A stretch of DNA of 61,472 nucleotides, filler included, from Sluysia triapertura (GCA_046118255.1; 5 parts of 5 records of this genome joined end to end with filler, not necessarily neighbours in it), one strand, 5' to 3'; positions 13,831-26,572 are shown, counted from the whole stretch's first letter. Made by a program: numbers and translations. The notes: generated by a model from the letters alone, not told the origin.

Positions 13831-14898
13831 TTACACTAGATTCAATAAGATTTATTATTAGTGAAATGGTTCATATTAAACTCAAAATTCTTTACGTTGA
13901 GGTGCGAAATAAATAACTTAAATGAATTATCATTAAAATCTATTTTAATGATTTTAACTTCTGAACATGTTTCATGCTACATGAAACATATAACTTGCAT
14001 TGCTTATCAGATACGTCATAAAAATAAGTAGTAGTTTGTACAGTATAATTTTGATGACAATGTGAAACAAAGTTTTTCTTTGCTTTTGAAATAATTTAGG
14101 CAGTTCTGTATTTGGTCTATCAGTTTTGGTTTTAAAAGTACCATTGAACAGCTAACCTCGCACTAGATTTTTCGATTCAAATAAATTCACAAAAATTAAG
14201 TTATAATAATGATAAATGTGCATAAAATTTCATAATTATTAAAGTTGTAATATTAGTTGCCAATGAATTTCGAAGAGTTACTTGAAATTTGTTGGCTTCC
14301 TGTTAATAATATTTATTTTGGCAGTGATGATAAGGATGACAGTAATATGATGATAATACAAATAATGGTAATAATAAGGATACGTATAATAGTGAAATTA
14401 ATGAACCATATGTAGTGTTTCAACAACGCACTATAATCCCATTGTCGTTCCTACACATAAATTGACACAACTCATAATTTTACATATCACTACTTCAACT
14501 TACGCAATACAAAAATCCTACACTAAATATATTTAAATTATTAACCGTTAAATTTACCAGCAATTATATTATATCAAATGAATGTTATACATTATTAATT
14601 CAGTGTACTCGACATAATTCAATCCACAAAATCTCGTAATAAAATTAAATTAATTTGATAAATTATAGTAATCAAATACGTAATATTTTGCTTGTGCTGT
14701 ATCAGTCCTCATCATCGCCATTATCAATTTTTTTATTTAATTATATATCACCTGGACTCCGGGCTCAATGTGTTAAATGAATAACTTTTCGGTAAATTTA
14801 TCTTTTTTGTCAAAAATGGTTTCTTTTATTAAAATTATGTTTTAATTAAAATTTACCTATTAAATAAAAATTATATTTTAATTAAAAATTAAAAAAAG

Positions 14899-15815
14899 AT
14901 GAAATCTTTCTTAGAATTAACGTTGACAGAGATGAAACATTTCTTTGCGAATATGTTTTTACAGACGAGACTTTTCCCACAATGGAATCCACACTGATTC
15001 AAAATATTTTTAGAGACAGTAATTTTGAAAATAGTTCTCAACCAGTTAGACTAATTGTTTTGTAAAACTGTTCATTTTATTTGTTATGCGTTGAGTAATC
15101 ATGTTATACGCAGCAAATTGTTTAATTTGCAAGATGACTTAATAATTGAAAATATTATTATGAACGTTCTCAAAATGTATTATTTAATGAATTTCCTTGT
15201 TTCTTTTTTCGAAAGATTCAGATAAGGAGTTGTAGAGTAAAATGTTTAAAGTCCGTTGCACATTTGATGACGATTGTGAATCGTTCGACACTAAGTACTT
15301 CAACTTTATCGTCTTTAAACAATAAAACACAAAGACTACTTAAAATTTGAAATTTGAATTCACGTGAATTAAACGCTAAAAGAGTACATGCTTGTGAAGT
15401 CTTGAAAGAAAAGACTTGTATATTTATGCAACAAACTTTTGAACGGTCAATGACGTCAGTTAGATAATACTATATGATTATGTTTTATTTAGAATTGTTT
15501 AAGTTAACAAGTTTTAACATAGATGCTTTAGATAGTATCGATGAGTTGGTAACTATCTTATTTATGAGACAGGTGGATCGCTCGGAGAATATATTGGAAC
15601 CTGTATGCCGTGTTGCGCGAGACGTTGCCGATTTCCGAGGCATGGCCTTGCAAATTGTACATGGTCTTTTATATTTTCAAATGGACATTTTTTGTTATTT
15701 TTTCTATCATTTTCGTTCTATTGCTGTTATTCTTACAATTCGCATAATATATGGAGATTTTTATATTTTTCATATTCAGTTCATATTATCAAGGAATTTA
15801 AGTTCACCTTTATAA
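14899..15815 (+). pseudogene. Divergent DEDDh-like pseudo-exonuclease family member (broken)
   Basis: TDETFPTM (cf. EENEFPTT in the 43.9 kb copy), RVHACEVLKEKTCIF (R-x6-L-x2-K as in RPQIIGILRNK and RDFRLAALYNK), and PVCRVARDVADFR; multiple stops and frameshifts. Confidence 0.4.
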
Positions 15816-16849
15816 TGATAAATATTTTAATACTTCTTAAGTTTAATAATTCTTATTATAAATTAATGTTTCGTATCAAAATTTATGAAATACTAAACTA
15901 TAAACAACTAAATAATAAAACATTAAATATTACAATATTAAATCATATCATAACAATAATATTAAACATGACTTCTTTCAAACCACACGCACATTTGGCA
16001 TTGAACAATGGATAAATAAAATTCCATTTATACATCCTCGAGAATATTCCATAGCTATATTAGATATATTAGTTGCAAAAGTTCAGTTTAAAAATAAAAT
16101 CAAGCGCCAAAGAAAAGGATTGTCAATCATATTTATGTAATTTTATGATGCATTTAATATTTTGCATAAATTTTAGTTTTTGTGAAATAGATGAAATAGT
16201 ATTTACTTTGAACTTTCTGCTTATGTAAAGAATTAATCTTAGGCCATAGCCTACTTTTTATTTTTATTATAAAACAGTTAGAACGGATCATAAGTCCCAT
16301 TTTGTAAATCATTTTCACTTAATTGTCATAAACACTTCATAAATTTAAACATTTTATTACAAATTTTTCAATTAATAAAGCCTCAACCATCACAATCACA
16401 CCAAATAAATTTTTCTTTAATCATATACCAACAAAATTGTTAATTAATTAAACAAATTAATTATGTAATTTTGCATTATGATTAATAATAAATATATGTT
16501 GGAATCGAGATCGAAAATCGAGAGATACAAAGAAAAACTATACAAGATCTAGATATCAGAAGAGCAATCGAGAAATAAACAATTTTTTCAAACAAATTCG
16601 TTCCATGCATATGTAACTTTTCATTACATAGGTTTCATAATTCTAACCTTAAACGGTAGAACATTATCCTATACCGTAAACGGATAGGTTAAAATCATTT
16701 TTAAAATTCACATTTTTTCGTATCTAAACAGAAAATTTAAGATACTAAAATGCTTATTTTTATTATTAGTATTAAGTTAATTTGTAATCGACTGATTTAT
16801 TTGTATATAATAAAAGTTTTAAGATACATATTGTTTTTAATTAATTTTA

Positions 16850-17110
16850 AAATACAGTTCGTATAAATCAAACCGTACAAAGGCTGGTTTAATCACTAAA
16901 TTAGAGTGTAATTTCGAGACTAAAAAGGAAAGATAATTTCACGTTTATAATACACTTAATATCAACCTGTAAGGAGATTAATTGTTTTGCTTATAAGTGA
17001 TTACTAATTCTCTTGCCTTAAAGACTAATTTGACCGTCGTCAGCTAGTGACATAAATCGTCTCTAAGTAGCCGAGCTCGCCTCCAGAAGATAATCTTTTT
17101 GTAATTAGGT
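16850..17110 (-). repeat. Structured interspersed repeat family A, divergent inverted copy
   Basis: Minus-strand head GGAGGCGAGCTCGGCTACTTAGAGACGATTTATGTCACTAGCTGACGACG...TTAG, and hairpins ACCAG-CC-TTTGTAC-GG-T-TTGAT (~16866-16888) and ATCT-CC-TTACA-GG-T-TGAT (~16962-16980). Confidence 0.6.
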
Positions 17111-17449
17111 TCTTTTTAGGACGGAACACTTGCACATATATAATATATAATAAACGTATATTAAAATGTATTTAATATAAAATTCTATTCAACTATTCGA
17201 AAAAGTACGGGTTACAGACAATGATGGACTATGAAATTTTTAATAAGTGTCTTGTTCTAGTAATGTGCCACTGCGACTGACATAAAAAATAATGTTAATT
17301 ACATGTTTTATTTTATACAAAAAACAATATTATATTAATAAGGATAGAACAGACAATACAATAGAATAAAATAAAGAAAAAACATGCCATTTGTAAAAAA
17401 TAAATAAATAAATAAATATTTACAACTTATTCCAGAAGATACTGCATTT

Positions 17450-17710
17450 CCTTCCTGCTTCACTTTTGTGATCTTGCAGATTTATCCGCAGCCGAGCGAT
17501 GACTTTTCAAAAAAGATTTAACATATGAGTTAGGGTTAAATTCTTCCAAAAATTTCCTATTTAAGCAGATCGTCATAAAATCCGAAACATGTTTAACACT
17601 GAGAGAAGATCTTTTCATTGTATCGTTGTAACGATATCATTCATCGAACTAAAAGCTTGTTCAGAATCAGTGCTGCTAACTGCGATTGTTTCCATTATGA
17701 ATAAATCTGG
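17450..17710 (-). mobile_element. hAT transposase C-terminal dimerisation domain remnant
   Basis: METIAVSSTDSEQAFSSMNDIVT..(fs)KRSSLSVKHVSDFMTICLN..LEEFNPNSYVKSFLKSHRSAAD. Confidence 0.8.
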
Positions 17711-19340
17711 TATAAAAATCATTAACATGAAGAAGTAGAAAAAGGAATCGAAGAGATGAAGATGTAAACATATAGAACCTCCTGAATGCTTTATAAATTA
17801 CCAAATAACTTTAGAATCTTAATAAAACCTTTAAACATAAAATAAGATTAAGTCTAAAAATGGATTAATTAATTAAAGTTTAATTAACTTAATTAAGAAA
17901 GAGTACGTTTTTGTGAATAACTCGTGGATGCGAAATGCATTGTTGAATTTGAAACTGTGTATTGAAAAGACCTTTCGATGAAGTTATGGTTTACCCGAGT
18001 TCATGCAGGGAAAACCTTAATGTTGAACAAAGTCAAATTTTAATTAATTCTTAATTAATTTTTTAATTAATTTTTTATACGTAGAATGATGAAAATATAA
18101 TGAATTACATATGAGATGATTTCTATGAGAGAGAAGAATCTGTAAGTGAGTTCGAAATGTTTATAAAATGGTTCGTTTGAGAATAAGAACCTTTAAACAT
18201 TTTTCATTAGAAAATTGGGTGTGAAAATCAAAAATTAATCAAATCCTAAAAAGTGAAATTAAATTCATTATTTTTATGTATGTTAACAATATTGTTGATT
18301 GTAATATTTAATGTGAGAAGTGATTTAAGTAAAAATATATTGAGTAAAGTAAAAGGAAATGATGGTTGATAATAAATTAGATTTTTATGTTTTGTACCTA
18401 ATGATAGACCGTAACATGTATTTTTCAAAGTTGTTATTGTCGGGTTGATTCTCAGTTAGGTTTGGATGATTTATATGAGAAAGTGTTTGGTTGTGGAGGG
18501 GAAATTATTGGATAATGAGTGTATAAAATAAAAATTTCCAAATATTTACAAAACAATTACACAATTACACCACAAGAAAGCAGGGCTTATTGAGAAAATC
18601 CATGCTTTGGGTGAGGATTTCATATATTATTTGATTATTTTAATATTATTATTTTTGATCATTATTTTGATTATTATTATTGTCATTTGATTTTTTGTGG
18701 GACTACTCTTAAATCTATCAGAGACTCCCTTTTTAATTTATTTTTAAAATATTAAATTTATTTTAAAGTGATTTTAATATCATTTGGTAAGAGACTTTCT
18801 TTGCAATTTATTTTTTTGTGTTTGTTTCGCCACTCCTGGTTTCTTCATATAGACTGTCATATTCTTGTTACTATTATAAACGTTATTGTAGTTTTTGTCT
18901 TTTTGTTGTTGTGCAGCAAAGACTTATAACAGTAATTTTTTTGTTGTAATCATTAAATTATTGAATTTTTATTGTTTATTTTATTTAAAAAACTTAATCC
19001 TTGAGTTGAATAAATAACATCGTCAAAATAAGGAAATTTGTGATAATTTAATATTGAATTTAGTGATTAATTATTGAGGTTTTGTTAATTAGGTTAATCG
19101 ATATTAATATGCTATTATTATTAAGTACAAAGACTCAACATTGACATCGATTCTTATATAAACTAACATCAATACAATCATAGGCTCCATTTTACATTCG
19201 CCATATTGAAAATTTTTAAAATTATCTTTAGCAGCTATAAGTTTGTCAAGTCATTTATTAAACATTTACATCTGATCACATCATCTGCAGTCCAACATGA
19301 TGTAATAACTTTAAAATATTTTATTTACTGTTTATTTTTT

Positions 19341-19520
19341 GAGCACCCTTTGATAATGGTCTTACTCAATTAAGGGCCAATTCATAGGTGTCAGCGAAAG
19401 ATATTAATGAAAACTTTAGAGGTCAAAGAAAATTAAGTTGTGCGTGAGTTAAAATCCGCTATTTAGCGAGATTAGTTTTTATAATAAATGTTAAGTGTGA
19501 TCCGATTTAGAAGGATCTTA
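19341..19520 (+). repeat. Structured interspersed repeat family B
   Basis: TGGTCTTACTCAATTAAGGGCCAATTCATAGGTGTCAGCG...ATCCGCTATTTAGCGAGAT...GATCC; homologous to 36655-36815. Confidence 0.75.
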
Positions 19521-19864
19521 ATTCTAATAATGTTAATTTATTATAAGTGATAATAATAATTATTATTCTATGTCGTGTATTTTACAAATTTTCTAAAATT
19601 ATATAATTTATTTAGCTATGAAATGAATAAAGAAGTTTTAGGATTTTTTTCTAAAAGAATCAAAATGTTCTAACACAAAAATTTAATCCTAAATCAGATA
19701 TACAATTGTGTTAATATTTATTAATTAAGGAAAACTGATTCAATAAGTAAGATTTCGTGGATAATGTCAGTTTACTTTAATATAAAAATTTATAAAAATA
19801 TATAAAAACTTATATAAGTTTAATAGTTACAATTTGTGGATAATGTTAGTTCACTTTGCAAGTG

Positions 19865-20940
19865 TTTTATCTAAAACTTACTTACACTTACAAAATACCT
19901 GATGAGTCGGTTCGCCTAATAGACACGTTTTATACCACCTTTGGAGACTTGTTATTAGGATTTTTAATTTAAAAATATATTAACTCTTGCACTACGTATA
20001 CTTAATCGACTTACAAACTTTATCACTATAACTGCTCTTTATTAATTTTAAATTATGTTACTATACATTCACCAACCTTCTTAAGGTCTAGTTCAAAGAA
20101 ATTATAAACTTCACAAGCCTTTTTAAGGTCTTGTATAGAAAACTAATTAATAAATTTAGTTAATTACTCTACCCTTTTTGAAGTGTAGATCAAAAACTAT
20201 TATAATATTTTAGAGATTAAACTAGCCGTATTAAGGTCTAATGGTAAAAATGATTTAATAATAACAAATTAAACAAGCTTATTAAGGTATATTACAAAAC
20301 TTGTACAAATTTTATATAAAAAGAGTTATAATAAATATAATGATTTTAATAGTACAACTTCAGTTGACTGCTTGAAGAATTTTAAAAATTAGTTTCGCAA
20401 ACCTTGCAAAAAAATAATAAAATAAATTTATGTAGATGCTAAAATTTCCTTATAAGGTGAATTTAAAAAACCTTAACAAGTAAAAAATTACTCCAACATG
20501 GACATAATTAACTGGAACTATAAAATTTTCTCCTGGAATACTAAACTTTTATTGTGTTTTACCTAAAATTTCGTTCTGATATTCTGTTAAAAATTACTTG
20601 CTTTTATATTAACTTTGTGGAAGCCATTTTAGTTCTTAATCTAATTAATTTAAACAAAAATTACCTAAAATATATTTTAAAATATTTTAAAATTTATTAA
20701 ATTAGAATTTTATTTTATTTTATTACAATTTAAATTTTAAAATTTTTATTTTATTTTATTTTACTATAATTTATATTCTTAAACTTTTATTTTATTTTGT
20801 TTTATTGAATTTAATATAATAGAAATAATTATTTGAAGAAATTAAAAACACATAAAATATCAAATAATAAATATTAAGTAATAAAATTTACATATCATTT
20901 ACACAATATTAATATATACACCTTGACAAATACTTTCCCT
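19865..20940 (+). repeat. Structured interspersed repeat family A, copy 2 (most complete array)
   Basis: Head at 19904-19959; 22-nt hairpins at 20071, 20113, 20168, 20221 and 20273; CAACTTCAGTTG at ~20355. Confidence 0.8.
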
Positions 20941-21360
20941 TTCTGGAAGATTCGTCCACGAATCAACGTTAAATGTCAATAAATATTATTGTGAATGATC
21001 ACATTATTATAATAGTAAAGTTATTTAGTCTAAATCGGCAGGATCTTCGTCGTCGTTCAGTAAGTAATCAAATCGGGTCAGTAGGTGAATTTGCGAGAAA
21101 GTGGTGTTGACTGAGAAAAGTGTTGTTGCGCTGTAATTGATTACCTCTGGACGTCGGTTTTTGATTTCGGCTGTTGGTTGATTTCGTTTATTGGTTGATT
21201 TGTGTGTAGTGGCTGTTGAGTTTGATTTCGTGGTTGTACGTGCCGATGTTGTATGTGCAGTGGTTATTGTAACCGATTTATCGATTGTCGGCTCAAACCA
21301 GATGAAGGACCAGTAGAAAAAAGGAAGGAAATATAAGTTTTAGTTTCTTAAAATGGGAAA

Positions 21361-22302
21361 TTAGCTGAGAAGAGGTGTTAGGACAGGTGAAAAGAGTACT
21401 GAAGGAGGATTATTACATCTAGTAACAAATTGTAAATCGCGTTCTCTAATATAGTCGAGCAGGGTCACCAACTCCGTGGCCATCTGCCGACAAATAAACA
21501 TCGAGCAGATGGAGAAGATTAGCCGCAGTGTTTCGCGCGCCCTACAAATTACGTCATCAATAAAGAAAGGAACCAAATTATGGTTCGACAAATTTATAAT
21601 TCCCCTCAACAGCTCAAAGCGAATATCTAAGGCTTCAATAAGAAATTGTGGGTTTAGCGCTACTAAAATCTTATTGCGCAAAATCCCGATGATTTGAGGG
21701 CGGACTTCGTCGATGTCCTTAGCCTGTCTAAAATCGACGTCCGTAACCATCTGGATGTTTCGGCGGAAGTTTTGAATACAACACCGAGGTTTAATATGGG
21801 CCTCAGTGTGAAAATGTCGATTATAAGAGTTACAAGGCACACAGATTATTTGCGGCTTGTTTAAGAAATTTGTGGCATATTGGAAAGCCATAAACATGAG
21901 TCGATCCTCATCATATGCAAAAAGGGTTGGAACGTGGGTATAAGACGCTCCACTTTTCCATCGATTCAGGTTGTCAACATCCTCGGTAAATGGGAACAAA
22001 AAGAAGGGCAATATAAGTCGGAAACTCAAGAGCTTCCACCGTGATGTTACAACCGTTAGTCAACTCGGAAAGATGGAGAGTTGACAAATCCTCTATGCGC
22101 AATAAGAATGGAACTCGAACACTATATACATTGTATTAAAAGTGTCGGGCACATTGGGAAGGGTACGCAAGGAGACAAAAGGTTGTTCGCGAGTTAGTGA
22201 AAAAACGTGGGTCGCCAAGTTGTCTGTAAGCTCAGACAGTGGTGAAAGAAGTGGGAAAAAAGGCAGGGTTAGCGTTATCAGAACAAAACGTTCTATCGCC
22301 AT
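21361..22302 (-). pseudogene. DEDDh (REX4/ISG20-like) exonuclease-like ORF with catalytic residues lost; TE accessory ORF candidate
   Basis: ORFs 22093..22302 and 21361..22029 are in the same frame, separated by two stops. CNSY..HIKPRCCIQNFRRNI..DF..AKDIDEVRPQIIGILRNKILVAL..LIEAL and ICRARETLRL resemble REX4 segments (VNY..YVKP..V.DYRT.VSGI..; A..F..V...V..IL.G.ILVGH..D..L; S.EDARA.M.L). GC is visibly higher than the flanks. Confidence 0.6.
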
Positions 22303-22334
22303 ATAAAAAGCCTGTATTTATGCCTGTATTTTTC

Positions 22335-22785
22335 CTCTACCACGTATTGAACAATTCTTACACCAATTTTTAATGTCATCTTCAATATATTCCCAATAGT
22401 ATTTATCTTTTATGCTAGATAGTATTTTTCTCTTAGACAGGTGTCCACCTAACTGTCCGTCATGAAACTGTATTAATATTGGTATTACCAATAATTTGGG
22501 AACAACTTTTGAGTTTCTGAATCTGAGTATTCCATCTGTAATAGCTAATTTCTTTGCTTGACTTTCAATTTATGTTCCTTTCGCTCTCCTTATCTTCTAT
22601 TTGATGTTTAATGATTTCTTTGGTCTCCCGTACTTTCCCTGATATTGACATGATTTGTATAAAATTAATATTTCCTTTATCATCTGCATTGGTTAAGCGT
22701 GAACCTAGTTTATAAATAACTTCTAAATTAAATTCTACTAATTTGTTAAACCACCTATTTAACCTACTGACCTCATCCCTATAAT
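22335..22785 (-). mobile_element. Ty3/Gypsy pol remnant: RNase H C-terminus and integrase HHCC zinc-binding domain
   Basis: Minus-strand translation gives DEVSRLNRWFNKLVEFNLEVIYKLGSRLTNAD (Ty3 RNase H end) and VPKLLVIPILIQFHDGQLGGHLSKRKILSSIKDKYYWEYIEDDIKNWCKNCS (integrase H2C2). Confidence 0.85.
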
Positions 22786-23844
22786 AGTTTTATTTTGATA
22801 TTTTAAGCATTAAAATTATTGATGTATTAAATTTAAATATTAAAATTATTAATGTATTTATTAAAAATATTAATTTTTAGTGTATTTATGTATTAAAAAT
22901 TATTAAATTTAAAAAATATAATAATTAATTTAAAAAATATTATTGTTTTAATTATTAAACTTATTATTTTATTTATAAAACTACTAAAAATGGTATTTAG
23001 AAACACTATAAATAGTGAATCGCTAAACTTACATATAATTTCGAAGTTTGAAAATTATTGATTTATTGACATTAACAGTCTATTTATAGTTGGATAATAG
23101 AAAATTATTTCTTTAAAAACATTATTAATATTCGAAACAATTATTAATATTTCGGAACAAACTAATTAATTTGATATTAACAATTTATTTATAACTGAAG
23201 AAAAGAAGATTATTTTTGGAAAAATTTATTGATATTTGGAAAAATTAATTTATATTAATCGTTAGTTTTATGATTTTTTAAGAGTAGTTAATTTATAACT
23301 ATATAAAATAAACGCAAACTGAATTTATAAATTAAAAGTACATTTAATACAACAAAAAATTATTTATTAACATTTAATTCACAACATATTAATTATAAAT
23401 TAATAACGTTTAATATTTATTCCTATAATATAGACGAATATTTTAATTTTTGACATTTGACATATTATATTAATACTTTTCAATATTTATAAACGAACTT
23501 TAAATTTTTGCACATAATTTTTAATTATGTTTTACACTTTCTAAGCTTATTTGACAATTAACAATTTCTATTTATTAATTGTGTAAGTGTTTTAACTTTT
23601 ATATACTTGTTTTTTAATAAAACAAGTATAATATTCGAATTTGTGTTTTTTAATAATTAGTAATATTTTAAGTAAAATAAATTTGAATTGATACGGATAA
23701 TTTTTAATATTGACTATTTTCCAAATTATAATAAAATCTTAATTGAGGAAAGCCAATAAGTATCTGAATCTAAGAAACAGGTAGCATCAAAATTAAATAT
23801 CAACATTAGCTTCCAGTTCTTATCTTTTCTTTCTTAAAAGCTGC

Positions 23845-23895
23845 GAATCTATGTTCTGGCCCTTCATTGAGTAAGTCTAGTATCATAGAGAACTT
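23845..23895 (-). repeat. Family B core hairpin, inverted
   Basis: Minus strand reads TCTATGATACTAGACTTACTCAATGAAGGGCCAGAACATAGA. Confidence 0.6.
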
Positions 23896-25401
23896 ACTTT
23901 AAGGATAAGGCATTTAATCCAAAATAAAAATCTTAATCACATCTTAATCTAAAATCTCCACATCAGTATAAGTCCCCATGATATCCTTTAGATTTTAATT
24001 CCTTGACAAACCTATTAATTGTCAAATTCTTTTGAATTTTTGACTTACAGAGGATTTCATATATGATAACTTGTTGAAAATAAACGAAATATACACAATC
24101 TAGTATAAACGATATTGACTGATATGTATAAAATGACATTAAATTATTTAATACATCTGATGTATTATTCCCGTCAAAATTTCAAAATCTCCAAATGGGT
24201 TAAACTTTATTTATTTAAAGTTTTGTAAAATTTTGATGTTTAATTAGTTTTACTATATTTTAATTTATATTGATCTTTTAAACTTTATGCTTACAATTAT
24301 TAATTATAAAATGGTTCTGTATTATCGTGAGTTTTTGATCCGTTTATTGTTTGTTTACCTTATGATTTCAGTCTTTTAATTCCCTTAAAATCCTATTCAG
24401 AATTTGTAGACAATGACTATTTATTTTTCGTATCATATAATTTTTACTATAACTAACATGGCTCTAATTCAATATTGCACCATCTAACCAATTCAATTCC
24501 ATAATAACATGTATTAGAATTTAAAATGTGAATGTTTTCTTTAAATACTAGTTAATTAAATTATATCATTTTGGCAATGTAATTTGACTGTATTATAATT
24601 TTAACTGCGCACTTTAATTACATCAACTTTGCTATTTAATATTTGTGTTAGATTGTCACCACAAATCACAAAAAACGCATTAAAAATTATGAGATTATTT
24701 AAAAATGAATTAAAAATCAATTTAGAAATCTTCAAAATTACTTTAAAAAAATTTATTTTCCAAAAAAGAAAAGAAAATTTCTAAGAAATAAAATTAGCTT
24801 CTAAAAATAGAATAGAAGCTTCTAGAATGTTCTAGAACATTCAATCGATTTTCGCTGGCTGATTATTAGTTATATAATGAAAATCGCCATTTTATCGTCG
24901 CCATTTTGAAAAAACAATTTTTATCAATTCCCTTCGGTTTACTGCGTGATTTGAGAAATTCTAAAATCTTAGTAATCGTTCCTCGATTGGAGATTATTCA
25001 CAGGACAATATCAATCCATTTTTGTTAATTCATATATTTGTAAGGGCGATTTCAACTTTCGAAGTTGAAATCACAAAAAAAAGGTAAATTCTATATTAAA
25101 TTGTAAATTTTTTTAAGTACCAGATATATTAAGGGGTAAAATCCACTCAAAATATATTAGCACTAGATTAAACGCTCACGGAGCTTTAATCCCTAAGTTA
25201 ATTATTATTTCTTTCTCGATCTATTAATTTAGTTGTTTGTAAGAGTGTATATAAAATTTATATTTTTCAAAAATAATTTAAATTTTAAAAATATTATAAA
25301 ATTTAGATAAATGTAAAAAATTAGTTAATTAATTAATTTAAATAAATTTTATTATTATTATATTTAAAAAATTATTAAAAGAGAAACTTCCAGAAGGAAG
25401 T

Positions 25402-25501
25402 NNNNNNNNNNNNNNNNNNNNNNNNNNNNNNNNNNNNNNNNNNNNTTAATTAATTAANNNNNNNNNNNNNNNNNNNNNNNNNNNNNNNNNNNNNNNNNNN
25501 N
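25402..25501. other. Assembly gap with artificial six-frame stop linker
   Basis: N44-TTAATTAATTAA-N44. Confidence 0.95.
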
Positions 25502-26348
25502 TTAATTACACTTAGAAACTTGATTAATTTTTAATTCTGTGCACTATAATAAAATACAATATACTTCCAATGACTAAGTCAGATATCGGCAAATAATTGT
25601 TTAACTTCTAGAAATTGTTTCGTGAGTCATAAATCAATATAATCCATTTAATAAAATTAATACGTTTACAAACGTTAACACAAAACTAATAATTCGTATT
25701 TAATCATTTTTAAATTTCAAGAATTACTTTTACACAATCTTCATATCTTCTACCACCTTAATATACATCAACTTGAACTAATAATTATAATTTAAAATTA
25801 ATATAAACATTGTACTGTTTTATTAATAGTTTATTACTAAATTATTATTTTTATTAATATTTTGTTATATTTTCTTTAATAATATATAATATTTAATATA
25901 TTTATTTTATAAGTAATTTATACAGTTTATAATTTCGTACATGGCTGCAGTTGATTTTAATAAATGCACTTTAACCAAATTACGTTATTTCAGCTCTATT
26001 ACTTCTTTCATTCATTTTTACATATAAATAATTTTTTATTTTATACATTGATTTATAAATTTTTAATTTTAATGCATAAATTTAATTTTGAATTCCATGC
26101 TTATGAGTTGAGACTTACAGAAAAGATTAATCTTAATACGTAATTGTCTGATAAAATTATTCTGCCAAGTTTGCAGAAAAACTCAGATATTAAGAATTTT
26201 ATTGATCGTGATTTTAAATGCTAATATTTATGAATCATTGTTAAAATAAAAGCATCATCATTACCGGATAAAATCTTAACAATAAATAACAAATAATCAA
26301 TAACTTTTAAAAAACCCATTAAATTTGAAGTGAAGGATTTTTATTTAG

Positions 26349-26572
26349 CGAAAAATCTGGATTCTGTTATTAAAGATGATGCAAAATCAATGTAAACTAA
26401 TGAAATGTAGTGATCTCTGTAGCAGCAATTCACAGTTGATTTTCATCGAGTTTATTTCGAAAAATCTGGATTCTGTTATTAAAGATGATGCAAAATCAAT
26501 GTAAACTAATGAAATGTAGTGGTCTCTGTAGCAGCAATTCACAGTTTATTTTCATCGAGTTTATTTCGAAAA
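26349..26572 (+). repeat. Near-perfect tandem duplication, period 109 bp
   Basis: CGAAAAATCTGGATTCTG...CATCGAGTTTATTT occurs twice with two visible substitutions. Confidence 0.9.

Noticed and set aside
19899-19930. Hammerhead ribozyme (CTGATGA core)
   Set aside because: No GAAA follows the putative stem II, and the other family A copies read TAAGGAG instead of TGATGAG.
20071-20295. CRISPR array
   Set aside because: Units share structure but not sequence, spacers are low-complexity AT, there are no cas genes, and the context is eukaryotic TE debris.
23750-24620. Gypsy protease/RT remnant on the minus strand (PFGDFE, VIMELNWL)
   Set aside because: Motifs are too decayed to support, and part of the region is better explained by family B non-coding repeat.
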